A stretch of DNA of 64,000 nt from Cenococcum geophilum. Its lineage: Eukaryota. Shown here piece by piece: positions 36,001 through 48,400 of this stretch. The stretch covers positions 15,996,001-16,060,000 of the forward strand of contig CP158635.1 in NCBI GenBank assembly GCA_050273025.1, read 5' to 3'. Positions within the stretch are counted from its first letter, which is position 1. Each line of letters begins with the position of its first letter. Position numbers and translations under genes: made by a program. The notes beneath the pieces are model-generated. The model did not search any database. It was given only the letters and a program-made list of their open reading frames with translations, and had not been told where the DNA came from.

Positions 36001-39000
36001 AATCTTAAAATAGGACCTATTTAAATAACCATTAAAGGGAGATAAATTAAGATGTCTTTCGATATATTACCATTAGGGAATAATAAGGCAGTATTAGAAA
36101 TACCTTAGTTACAGAAATATAATCTAAAGATTAATTAGGTTATAGGTTAGATCGATATTAAAAATATATAACGCCGCAAGATATAATAACAAATTAAGTT
36201 AGTATGGTACTAAGTTAGAGCGATATATAAAGAGACCAATTAAGGATTAAGCTATATACTAAAGAGATACCACAAATATGGCAAAAAGCTATAGTCACTA
36301 GAAAGTAAAAAGCTATTAGAATTAGAACCAGGAATAAGTCTAAAGTTTTTTCCAATCTATAAGCTTATTAAAGAAGAAGGTAGAGCGTTAAAAGAGTTTA
36401 TTTAGGAAAATCTTTAAAAGGGATACATTAGACTATTGCAGTCATTAGCGGGTTATCTAGTACTATTCATACCAAAGAAGAATAGAAAACTTAGACTATG
36501 CATTAGCTATAGATAGTTAAACAGCATTATAAGAAAGGATAGGTATCCTTTACCCTTAATTAGCGAGATCTAAGATAGGATAGGTAATGCGCAAATCTTT
36601 ACAAAGATAGATCTAAAATAGGCGTACTATCAGATTAGGATTAAGGAAGGCAACGAATAAAAGGCAGCTTTTAGGTTAAAGAAAGGACTATACAAACTAT
36701 TAGTTATACAATTTAGGCTTATAAACGCACTAGCAACGTTCTAAAAGTGTATTAATAATATATTAAGAGAACACTTAGATGAATTTGTTATAGTATACCT
36801 TAATAACATTATTATCTACTTAATAAACAAGGAAGAATATAGAGAACACGTTAAATAGGTCTTAAAGAGACTATAAAAAGAACAGATGCTAGTAGCAATT
36901 AAGAAATATAAATTCTTTACTAAGAAGACCAATTTTATTAAATTTATTATTAAACTAGGCCAATTTAGCATAGATCTAAAGAAGATTAAGGCTATAGTGA
37001 ATTAGCAAGAACTAGAGAACGTTACGCAGTTAAAATTATTTTTAGGGGTTTATAATTACTATAGAAGGTTTATAGCTTAATAGTTAAAGAATATTAAGCC
37101 GTTTACGAGATTAATAAGGAAAGAAGAATTATAGGTATAGAGAGAGGAATAAAGGAGACTATTTAAGGAAGTTAAGCAGTTATTTACCTAGGGGCCAGTT
37201 CTTAAAATCTATTAACTAAAGTTAGAGACGGTTGTAGAAACGGATGTATTAGACTATATACTAGGAGCGTACTTCCTATAGAAATATAAAGACGGATGGC
37301 ACCTAGTGGCATACTATAGTCGGAAGATAATACCACTAGAGTTAAACTATAACATCTATAATAAGGAGTTATTAGGTATAGTTACAGTATTAAAGAAATA
37401 GAGAGCATTCTTATAAGGTATAAAGAAACCATTTATAGTTAAAATGGATTATAAGAACCTAACGGGGTTCCTAACAATAAAAGAACTTAATCGCAGATAG
37501 GTTAGATAGGCAGAAATGCTTGCAAAATATTATTTTAAAATTTAGCATACTAAGGGTACTAAAAATGCACGAGCAGATGCTCTAAGTAGAAAGGCTAAAC
37601 TATAAAACGATAAGAAGCCATTAGGGGCTTTACTACGAAAAGACATAAACGGATTAATTAGGTATAATTATTTAAAAATTATAGCAATACGAAAAGAACA
37701 GATCTATAAATCACTAGAGAGTAATTAGATATAAAAGATCTAAGATATATAGGTAGAGGATCTAAACTTAAAGCAGTATAAAAACTAAAAAGTAATGTAT
37801 GTGCCAAGATCTATCGCAAAAGAGTTTATTAAGTCATTTTATAAGGGACTAACTTAAGGACACAACGGAGCTATAGGCTTAGTGTTAAGACTCTAGGAGG
37901 AGTATATTATTAACGGAATTTAGGGTATAGCACGGAAAATTACTAAAGAATATCTAGATTGCTAAAGGAATAAACTAATAAGGCATAAGCTATATAAAGG
38001 GCTATAACCTATTAAAATACTAGAGAGACTATAGGAGGTTATATTATAGGACTTTATTATTAAGTTGCTAAAGTTAAGAAATCCTATTACTAGACAAGAT
38101 TATAACGTAATCTTAGTAATAGTAAACAAGCTTATAAAGTGGGGATACTTTATAGCATATATAAAAGAAATATTAGTGGAAGATGTCGCTAGAATCTATA
38201 TTAAGGAAGTATTCGTAAGATATAGAGCACTAAGTAAGATTATATTAGATAGAGATTTAAGATTCGTAACAGTATTTTAGAAAGTATTTTTAGTAGAGTA
38301 AAAAGTTTAAGCAGTAACTTCTACCGCATATTATCTACAGACAGACGGTTAAACGGAAAGATTAAATTAGACACTAGAATAGTATCTAAGGTATTATATT
38401 AATTATATATAGAATAATTAGGTATCGTTATTACTAGTTATATAGTTTATATATAATATAACACTATAGAAAGGAATAGGTATATTACTATTTAAGGCGA
38501 ATTACGGATATAAGCTAAGGACCTTATTATCGCCATATTAAGTAAAAAAGATAAGTAGTAGAGCTAAGTAAAAGATAAAGGATTTAATAAATCTTTATAT
38601 AGACCTTATAGAAATAGCTAAGGGAGTATAGCAAAGAATAAAAAAGTACTATAACGCTAAGAGATCTAAGGGACCAGATCTTAAGGAGGGGGATAAAGTA
38701 TAGCTACTATATAAAAATTTTAAAAGTTAACGACTAAGTAAGAAGTTAGACTACGTTAAACTAGGACCTTTTAAAATTACGTAAAGGATTTCACCAGTTA
38801 CATTTAAGTTAAACCTACTAGTTAAGATAAAGATCTACCCTATATAACATATCGCAATGCTAGAACTAGCATATAGAGATATTAAACCATTAGTATATAA
38901 GGCAGACATGTATAGAGGGCAAGAGGAGGATAAATAGCAAGTTTTAAAAATCGTTAGTTATAAGGACGTTAATAATAAAACATAGTATAAAGTAAAGTAG

Positions 39001-39016
39001 ATAGGCCATAACGAGA

Positions 39017-39722
39017 CTACCTAGGAACCACTAAAGAACCTAAAGAACGCTATAGGAAAGGTACAGGAGTATTAGAAGAGAAAAGGTCAGGCAGTATAAA
39101 CAAAGAAGAATCGCTAAAGAACGAGCCACCTAAAGGGGACCTAAGAGGAGCGACTGCCAAACTACTTAGAGTTATTTCCATTACTATTAGAGGAGAATCT
39201 ATTCTTTTATTACTAAGTTCCTATAAACCTTATTTTATAAATTTCCACTCCTTAGAATAAACCTTTTTATAAACTTTTTTAAGATAAATTAGCTAAGTAG
39301 ACGCAGCTAAATAAGAGTTAAGGGCCCGTTGCTAAGCATTAGCAGCCTCCTTCTTAGCGTTACATAAATAATAAAGTTCCGCCAAAGTAACGGACAGTTT
39401 ATTATTAAGCTTTGTAGCAGTAGATTAAATATAAGACCCTATAATAAATTACTTAGGGAACTTAGAGACTATTAAGAGTAATAGGATATGTATACTTAGC
39501 GTTAGAAACGGAGCGAATATCGCAAAATAATTAAATATTCGCTTTAGTGCACTCTAAATATAAAGAGGGTTACTAAGATAAGGGACTCGCTAGTATAACG
39601 TAAACTAATTCCTCTTTCGTATAACGAGAATAAGGAAATAGTATAATTTCACTAAGAGATAATATTGTAGTAATGGTATGAGACTAATAAGCTATAGACA
39701 AAGAAAAAGATACTTTAGGTAT
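39017..39722 (-). pseudogene. Antisense Zn-cluster-like gene, copy C (coiled coil 7 codons longer)
   Basis: Same Cys pattern and intron position; divergent in-frame segment at ~39301-39405. Confidence 0.7.
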
Positions 39723-42428
39723 AATAAGTAATAATATTAACTAAATTAATTAGACGGATATTATACCTCTAGTAAATAACCTAAAGATGCTAGGAATCTT
39801 TGAGGACGAAGATAAAAAGGAGGGAGATAGTGTTATAGACGCTTTAAGTATAATGTTATAACTACTTAGAGAGGAGTTAGAAGAAGCTAGTTAGTTAATA
39901 TAAGTACGGTTTAGAATAGAGCCCGTAAAACTATATAATAAGGAATAGTAAGTAGAGTTATATAATATAATCTATATAATCTATATAATCTATAAGATCT
40001 ATAATAAAGTAAATAGAGTAGGCAGAGCAGACAGAGTAACGACTTTCTTAGAAGTATGGTTATGTATTTAAGGACCCTTAGTCCCTACCTAGATAGTTCC
40101 TTTTTTATAGTAATTCTTAGAATATAATTAGAGTTAATCTATTAGGCAACCACTCCGCCAGTTATTATTACGTTATTGACTTATCTGCATACCTATATAC
40201 CTAGCCCATTGACAGAACCTACTATAGTACTTACTACAAGGTTCCGTTACACTCTTATAACATTTATTCTACCTCTAACGCTAAGTATACGCGTCCTATT
40301 ACTCTTAGTAGTCTTTAAGTTCCCTAAGTAATTTATTATAGGGTCTTATATTTAGTCTACGGCTATAAAGCTTAATAGTAACCTAGCGTAGGCTCTTATA
40401 ATACGGAGTAAAAGGCCCTAAATACTCGCATCGCGGCGTCCACTTAGTTACTTCATCTTAAGAAGGTTTATAAAAAGGTGCGCTCTAAGGAGTAAAAACT
40501 TATAAAATAAGGTTTGTAGAAACTTAGTAATAAAAAAACGGATTCTCTTTTAACTAAGAAGAAAATAAATCCAAGTAGTTCAGCAACTACTCTTCTTAGG
40601 TCCCCCTTAGGTAACTTATTCTTTAGCAATCCTTTTTTATTAATACTGCCTAACCTAATCTCTTCTAATACTCCTATACCTTTCTTATAGCATTCTTTAG
40701 GTTCCCTAGTGGTTCCTAGGTAGTCTTATTATAGTTTATCCACTTAACCTTATACTATATTTTATTGTTAATATCCTTATAACTAACGATCTTTAAAACT
40801 TGCTATTTATCTTCTTCTTATCCTCTATACGTGTCTACCTTATAAACTAGTGGCTTAATATTCCCGTATGCTAGCTTTAGTATTACAATATATTATATAG
40901 GGTAGATCTTTATTTTAGCTAGTAGGTTTAACTTAAATATAACTAGTGAAATTCTTTATATAATTTTAAAAGGTCCTAGTCTAACGTAGTCTAACTTTTT
41001 ACTTAGTCGTTAACTTTTAAAAATTTTGTGTAGTAGCTATACTTTGTCCCCCTCCTTAAGATCTAGTCCCTTAGATCTCTTAGTATTATAATACTTTCTT
41101 ATTCTTTCTTATATATTTTTCGCTAATTCTATAAGGTCTATATAAAGATTTATTAATATATTTATCCTTTCTTTAGCTATGCTACTCGTTTTCTTCGCTT
41201 ATTATAGTAATAATGATATTCTTAGCTTATATCTATAATTTGCCTTAAATAGTAATATACCTATTCCTTCTTATAGTGTTACATTATATATAAACTATAT
41301 AACTAGTAATAACGATACCCAATTATTCTATATATAATTAATATAATGTCTTAGATACTGTTCTAGCGTCTAATTTAATCTTTCCGTTTAACTATCCGTT
41401 TGCGGATAATATGCGGTAAAAGTTACTACTCTTACTCCCTACTCTACTAAGAATACTTCCCAGAATACTATTATAAATCTTAAATCTCTATCCGATATAA
41501 TCTTATTTAGTGCTTTATATCTTATAAACACTTCTTTAATATAGATTTTAGTGATATCTTCTACTAAGATTTCTTCTATATATGCTATAAAGTAGCCCTA
41601 TTTAGTTAACTTATCTACTATTACTAAAATTATATTATGCTTTTATCTAGTAATAGGATCTCTTAACTTTAGTAACTTAATAATAAAGTCCTATAATATA
41701 ACCTCCTATAGTCTTTCTGGTATTTTAATAGGTTATAGCCCTCCGTATAGCTTATACCTTATTAGTTTATTTCTTTAGCAATCTAAATACTCCTTTATTA
41801 CTTTTCTAGCTATACCCTAGATTCCGTTAATAATATATTCTTCCTAAAGTCTTAATACTAAGCCTGTTGCTTTATTATGTCCTTAGGTTATTCCCTTATA
41901 GAAATCTTCCATAAAATACTCTACGATGCTTTTTAGGATGTACTTTGTTCCTTAATTTATATATATATATATATCTATAGATCTTTTAGCTATACTTTTA
42001 GAATTCTTTATACCTAAAAGCTCTCTAGTGTCTTATAGACTTTTTCTAGTTCGTTACCCTCTTAAGTTGCTGCTAGCTTAGGGTAATTATATTTAATAAA
42101 TCTATCCTTATCTTTACGTAGTATTGCTCCTAATGGCTTCTCGTTGTTCTATAGTTTAGCCTTTCTACTAAGTGTATCTACCCTTGCATTCTTAGTTCCC
42201 TTAGTATACTAAATTTCGAAATAGTATTCTATAAGTATCTCTACCTATCTAACCTATCTATAATTAAGTTTCTTTAGTTATTAGAAACCCCATTAGGTTC
42301 TTATAATCCGTTTTAACTATAAATAGTTTCTCTACGCCTTATAAGAATACTCTCTATTTTTTAAGTACTGTAACTATACCTAATAACTCCTTATTATAGA
42401 TATTATAGTTTAACTCTAGTAGTGTTAT

Positions 42429-45400
42429 TATAAGGGATATTATTGCGGACACCTTAGGTTGCCCTTAGGACAACCCCTAGACGCCCCTCAAATAGTCGCC
42501 GGTTACGTGCCGGAGGCACGTACCCGTAGTATATAGTCTCTACAATTCTAGAGGCCTTACCTCCTTAAGGATTCGTCTCTCTTACTAATCTATCCTGTTC
42601 TAATCGTGTCCTTATAGCCCCCTGTCTATAAGATCCCCTTACATTTAAATCCTTTCTACTCTTTTTTGGAAGGGTAGTTGGCTTTAAGGACTAGATTGTT
42701 TATTTATATCTTTTGTTTATAACTACTATTCTCCCTTAAAATCTTATAATAACCTAAATGGAAACTCTACAGATACTTTATGGAAAGCCGTCGCGCAAAG
42801 GTAGGAAGGTCCCTCTAATAGCGAGAGATTGCGATAATATAACCCTCTAGGTAAGACGGCTAAACGAGCCCTAATACCTAGATGCTCTAGGAGCTTAAAG
42901 ACTCTCGCACACCTACGGTTACCGCTAAGGAAAACGCAGACACCCTTTATAACGGTTATAACGCTGCCAGAAAGCAACCGGAATCTCTCTAGCCCCACCT
43001 AAGCTAATTAGAAGATTAAGCGCCAAAGGCAACTCTAAGATCTTCCCCTAAGCCAGAAATGCTAGAGGAATATACTAACGCGTCTAACTAGGGAACTAAC
43101 CGGAATCCTCCCGGAAGACTACCGGCCTATAATTAGTATAGTGGTGGTGTATAAACTGCTTATAAGCTAAGCGGGCCTATCCCTTTAGGTAATCTAAGCT
43201 AATTACTAACTTAAGACCCGAGCCTTGTTGGGAAGCCTACACTAACTACTAGTACTAACACTACCTCTATAGCAGGAGCCTCCCTAGGCCTAAGTTTAGA
43301 AGGTTAAGAGCCCTATACCAATCTCCTCTAAGACGGATATTAGGAAGCTATTGTAACGCTCTTAGAAGCTATATGGGAGGAAGCTACTAATAAATATATT
43401 AGAACCCTTTAAGGGTAAATTTAGATCTAGTAGGGTCTAATCTAAGCTAGGCAAATTCTTTTACAACCTAGTTAAGGCTAAGGGCTTTTTAGGAGCTACC
43501 TAATACCTACCTAAGTAGGTATAGAAGACTTAGAGAGTTATCTACGCTATAAATAAAAAAAGGATATAGACTAACTGGCTAAGGCCTCTGGTAGCCTAGA
43601 ACTCCGCCATAGACCCAACGCCCAGTAGTTAGACGATTGGGTTTATAAGGTAGATAACTTCTTTAAGATGCTAATAATACGAGATAATACCAAAGAGCGT
43701 ATACGCTAGATTATTAGCAAGATTAAAGACCGATTGCTAAACCAGATCGCACTTAATCAGCTTAATAAAGAGCAAATTACTATATAGCTATAGCTGTAAA
43801 CCTTCCTAAAGAAATGGACTTAAGATCCGTATATTATATAATATAATAATATAGAGCTATTCTGGAATCGGATACAGCTAGACCGCTATAACTTCCGCCA
43901 GTTTATAAACTTTATAGAAACTTATGCTTAGTAGATAGATCTAAAACCCTTTAAAAATAAGGACGGTAGCATCTATAAAAAGGAGAAGATTGGGTTTATC
44001 TAGGCTAGAATTAAGCTAGTAATTCGTAACAAAATAAAGCGCGTGGGAGCCTTATCGCGGATTACTATATATGCGGATTTTAAACGAGTAGTTCTAAATG
44101 CTAAAGATGCGGTAAAGAACTAAACCTCTTCTAGTAGAAAGCCTGGGGGTTATTAGAAGCGTGGGCACTTTAGTAGTAATATAGGGTAGACCTAACCTTT
44201 AAAGAAGCCGTTCTTAAAGAGAACTTTAAAAGGGTTAAAGTTAGGAACCTTAAATAATGGGAAAGACTTTTAGGGCCAACCTAACACCCGTCTAGCACCT
44301 TTACGGGAACACTCTAAGAAGTTAAGAGAAAACTCTAAAGGTAGATTTTATTGGAAAAATAAGTAGGGCGATAATCGCACTAATAATCTAAAAAAAGAAA
44401 AGCCCTAGTTATAGATCTCTCCTAGCTATAACTAGGGCAAGATACGGAAGAAGAGACTCTCTATATTGCTGTTAAGCTAGAAATAATACTCCCTATAGGT
44501 AAGGTATGTTAGTTCTAAGCACTATATAACAGCGGCGCTAAAATTAATCTTATATAATATAATTTAGTAAAAGAGTATAAACTTACCCCATTATAAAGAT
44601 GGCAGAAACTTATCGCAGGCTTCTTAGATAAACATCGGATTAAACTATATAGTGCCTATAAGCTTATAGTGTTAGTAGCCGACATACATAACCGTACTAA
44701 GGTAGTTGGCCTACAACCCTTCTAGGCGGCTGACTTCGTAGGTTATAACCTTATCCTTGGATACCCTTAGCTAGCGGAAGCAGATCCTAAGATACGCTTT
44801 AAAACTAGAGCCTTTAAATAATAGAATAATAAAGATTTAAAAGGGCGTATATTACTAATAAGCCTAAAGGACATTTTAGAGAATGTAGCCCTAGGCGAAA
44901 TAGTATACACTTTACACCTAAAGAAGTATCAGATCTAACCCCTATTTAATAGCAAGATGGGTATAGAGCCTAGTATAGGTGATAACCCCTCTATAATGAA
45001 GACCCTATAGGGAACTGCCGGATAGGTCGCGGAGACATTATAGGGAGGCGGCGATCTTAAGGATCTTACGAGATACTTTAACCGTTATAAGTTACTCTGG
45101 CTTAAGCAATATGCGGAGAGTATACTACGGCATCTTAAGCGCTGCGTCAAGGATTTCCTTACCCTTTACTAGCTACCGCATAAAACGGTATAACGTACGG
45201 TGGCAACTATGTATAAGTAACTACTATAGCGCACGACGCTGCCCGTAAGTATTCTGAGGGAGCTTTAGAACCTACCTAATAATAACGCGGAGGACAAACG
45301 CGACCCTAATTTGTTAAATATTTTAGCAGGCCTAAGGGACTTACTAAGGGTATTTTCGGGCAGGAGAGCTAAAGTCCTACTATAAAACTCGGAGTACGAT

Positions 45401-48400
45401 TATATAATTAATCTAAAAGAAGGTAAATAACCGCCGAACCTTCCTATCTATAACCTCTCGCGTAAAGAGCTTAAGATCCTATAGGAGTACCTCAATAGCT
45501 TACTAGAAAAGGGATGGATCTAGCCTAGTAAGTCGCCATTAGGCGCGCCGATTCTCTTTGTTTTAAAACTAGATAGAACTATAAGGCTATACATAAACTA
45601 TCGCGGTCTTAATAAGATTATAATTAAGAACCGTTACCTACTACTACTAGTTAGTAAAATGCTAGATTAACTATCTAGGGCGAAGATCTTTATAAAGTTA
45701 GATCTATAAGACGCCTATTATAGGCTCCGTATTAAAGAAGGGGATAAGTAGAAGACCGCTTTTAAGACCTAATACGGCCACTTTAAGTATCTGGTGATGC
45801 CTTTCGGGCTAGCTAATGCGCCTATAATATTCTAATTATACATTTATAGAGCCTTAGGGGGACTAGTTAACTATATATGCGTCGTCTATTTAGATAACAT
45901 CTTAATCTACTTAGAAGATAAAGATTAACACAAGTAATACGTCCGCAAAGTGCTGGAACGTTTAGATAATTAGGGCCTCTACGCTAAGGCGTTAAAGTAT
46001 ATCTTTAATACTAAGCAGGTTAAGTTCCTAGGTTACATTATAACGCCTATAAGTATAGTTATAAACCTAGTACGAGTATAGATAATCTAGGAGTGGCCGA
46101 AGCTAGAGAGCTACTAGGATATTTAAGTATTTTTAGGCTTTGCCAATTTCTATAGGCGCTTTATCTATAACTACTTAGACGTCGCCTAATACCTATCTAA
46201 CTATATTACGGAAGCTTCCTAAGACCTAACCTAAGGAGCAAAAAGCTTAAAGGTAGTAAGGAAGAAAACTAAAAAGGGACTAACTAAATGGTATAAGCTA
46301 TGGTTATGGCCCAAAAAGGTTTAAAAGGCCTTTTAGGAACTTTGCGTAAAGTTTATAGAAGCTCTAGTGCTGCGGCATTTCAACCCAGATTAGCCATTAA
46401 TAATAATTACTAATGCATTAAATTTTGCCCTTGTTGGTATCCTACTACAACCCAATAGGCATTTGGACGCTACCTAGCTCTATTAAAGACTAGTAGCATT
46501 TTATAGCAGAAAATTCTAGGGACCTAAAGTTAGGTATTATACCCACGATAAGGAACTGCTGGCTATAGTTAACTGCTTTAAATAGTGGCGATACTACCTT
46601 AAGCACGCGAGCCATACCACTCGTGTACTCTCAGATTACTACAATCTACGCTACTTTATAACTACGAAGGAGCTTATACCTTAACAAGCTAGATAGGTAG
46701 AGGAGCTTACATAGTTTAATTTTAAGATTAAATATAAGCTAGGGGAAAATAACCCTACTAATAGACTGTTATAACGGCTAGACTATACTAAAGGCTTTAA
46801 AACGGGAGAAGGAAAATAGATAATAGATATCTTACTCCCTATATTACAGAACAAGCTTTAGGTGTGGGATACTTAAGCACCTACAGCTCTATACACTAAG
46901 TCTTAGGCGGTGCAAGCCCTATTAGTTTCCACTAACGTTTTGGTTGGTACCCGGTCCGTTGCCGATAAGGGTCCGAATATACCTAGATAGGACGTCCTTA
47001 ATATATTCTTAGAACCTAATAATACACTATCCCTAATTGCTAAGCTATCCCCTTAAACTAATAGCAAAGCTATAGAGCAATCAGAACTTGGAGCCCTATA
47101 ATAACTAAAGGACTTTAACCTTGTAGCGGCCTTCCTAATATACGCGTATTGAAGAGTTATAAGATCCATAGTACCATCTAGTCTTATACTTAGAGTAGTA
47201 TAGGACGAAATAGCTTTTACCTAGGAACTACCCAAAAGGTTAATAGATCTTATCCATAAGGTATAACGGAGGGACGCTTCCTATACTATCCTTAATGCGG
47301 AAGTAGACCGGAAACGTAACGGAAAGGAAGCTACTAGGCACTACTATTGGGAACTAGACCTAATGGGCCTACTACATAGAGGTGGCAAGGTTTGGGTGCT
47401 ATAAGAAGTAAATCTATAATAGAAGATTCTTATAAAGAATTACGATAATCCTTTAGGCGGCCACTATAGTTAAGCAAAGATAGTGGAATTACTTTAACGT
47501 AAATACTATTGGCTAAGGCTTAATTAGGAAGTAAAGGAGTATATTAGCTATTATAAGAAGTGTTAAGTATATAAGATCCGTAGGCACAAGCTATAGGGTC
47601 TACTTAAATTAGTTCCCCCCACTAGTAAGCTATAGCGATATTACGCTATAGACTTTATTATAGATCTCCCACTATCTAAAGATGGCTAAGGACGAATATA
47701 TAATTCGGTCCTTGTACTTATTAATAGGTTTTTAAAGTACGTCTAATACCTTTCTATTAATAAGACGATTAACGTATAAGAGCTCGCCAACCTAATTAAG
47801 GAGAAATGCTTTCTTAAAGTAGATTAGCCGTACTCTATTATTACTAATAGGGGCAGCGTCTTTATAAGTTAATACTGGTCGGATCTATACTTCTATTTAA
47901 AGATAGACCACCGTTATAGTACGGCTTTTAACTATAGATGGATGGGCAAACGGAACGCCAGAACTAGGAACTGGAGTCTTACCTATAGATGTATTTAAAC
48001 TACTAGTAAGATAACTGGTGCGAGCTACTTCCGTATGCGGAGTATGCTTATAATTTAAAGTAATATATATTGTATAAGTATGCACCAATCTAGATTGCCT
48101 ATAGCGTCCGACTATTTGGGTTTAATAGTATACCCAACAATTACTGGCTAAGGCCGTATGATTAGTTATAGGATCCTACCGGGAAGTTTAAGGACATCTA
48201 CTAGAGAGTATAAGGATACCTTTAGAAATGGGAAGAGTAATAGAAGTATGTAAAGCAGAGCCTATAAGATGCCTAAGAGTAGTAAAGACTTTGGTATAAC
48301 CGCAAGCACTAAGATAAGCATTTTGGAGTAGGTAATGAGGTTCTATTACGTTTAACGAATATTAAGACCCGTTGACTATTAAAGAAGCTTAATATAAGAT

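Larger units (their letters stand above)
24450..40251 (+). mobile_element. Ty3/Gypsy family 1, copy C, inserted in B and containing D
   Basis: 421-bp LTRs 24450-24870 and 39831-40251. TSD CTCTT at 24445-24449 and 40252-40256. gag is split at 25833/33635; pol ~35740-39116. Confidence 0.95.
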
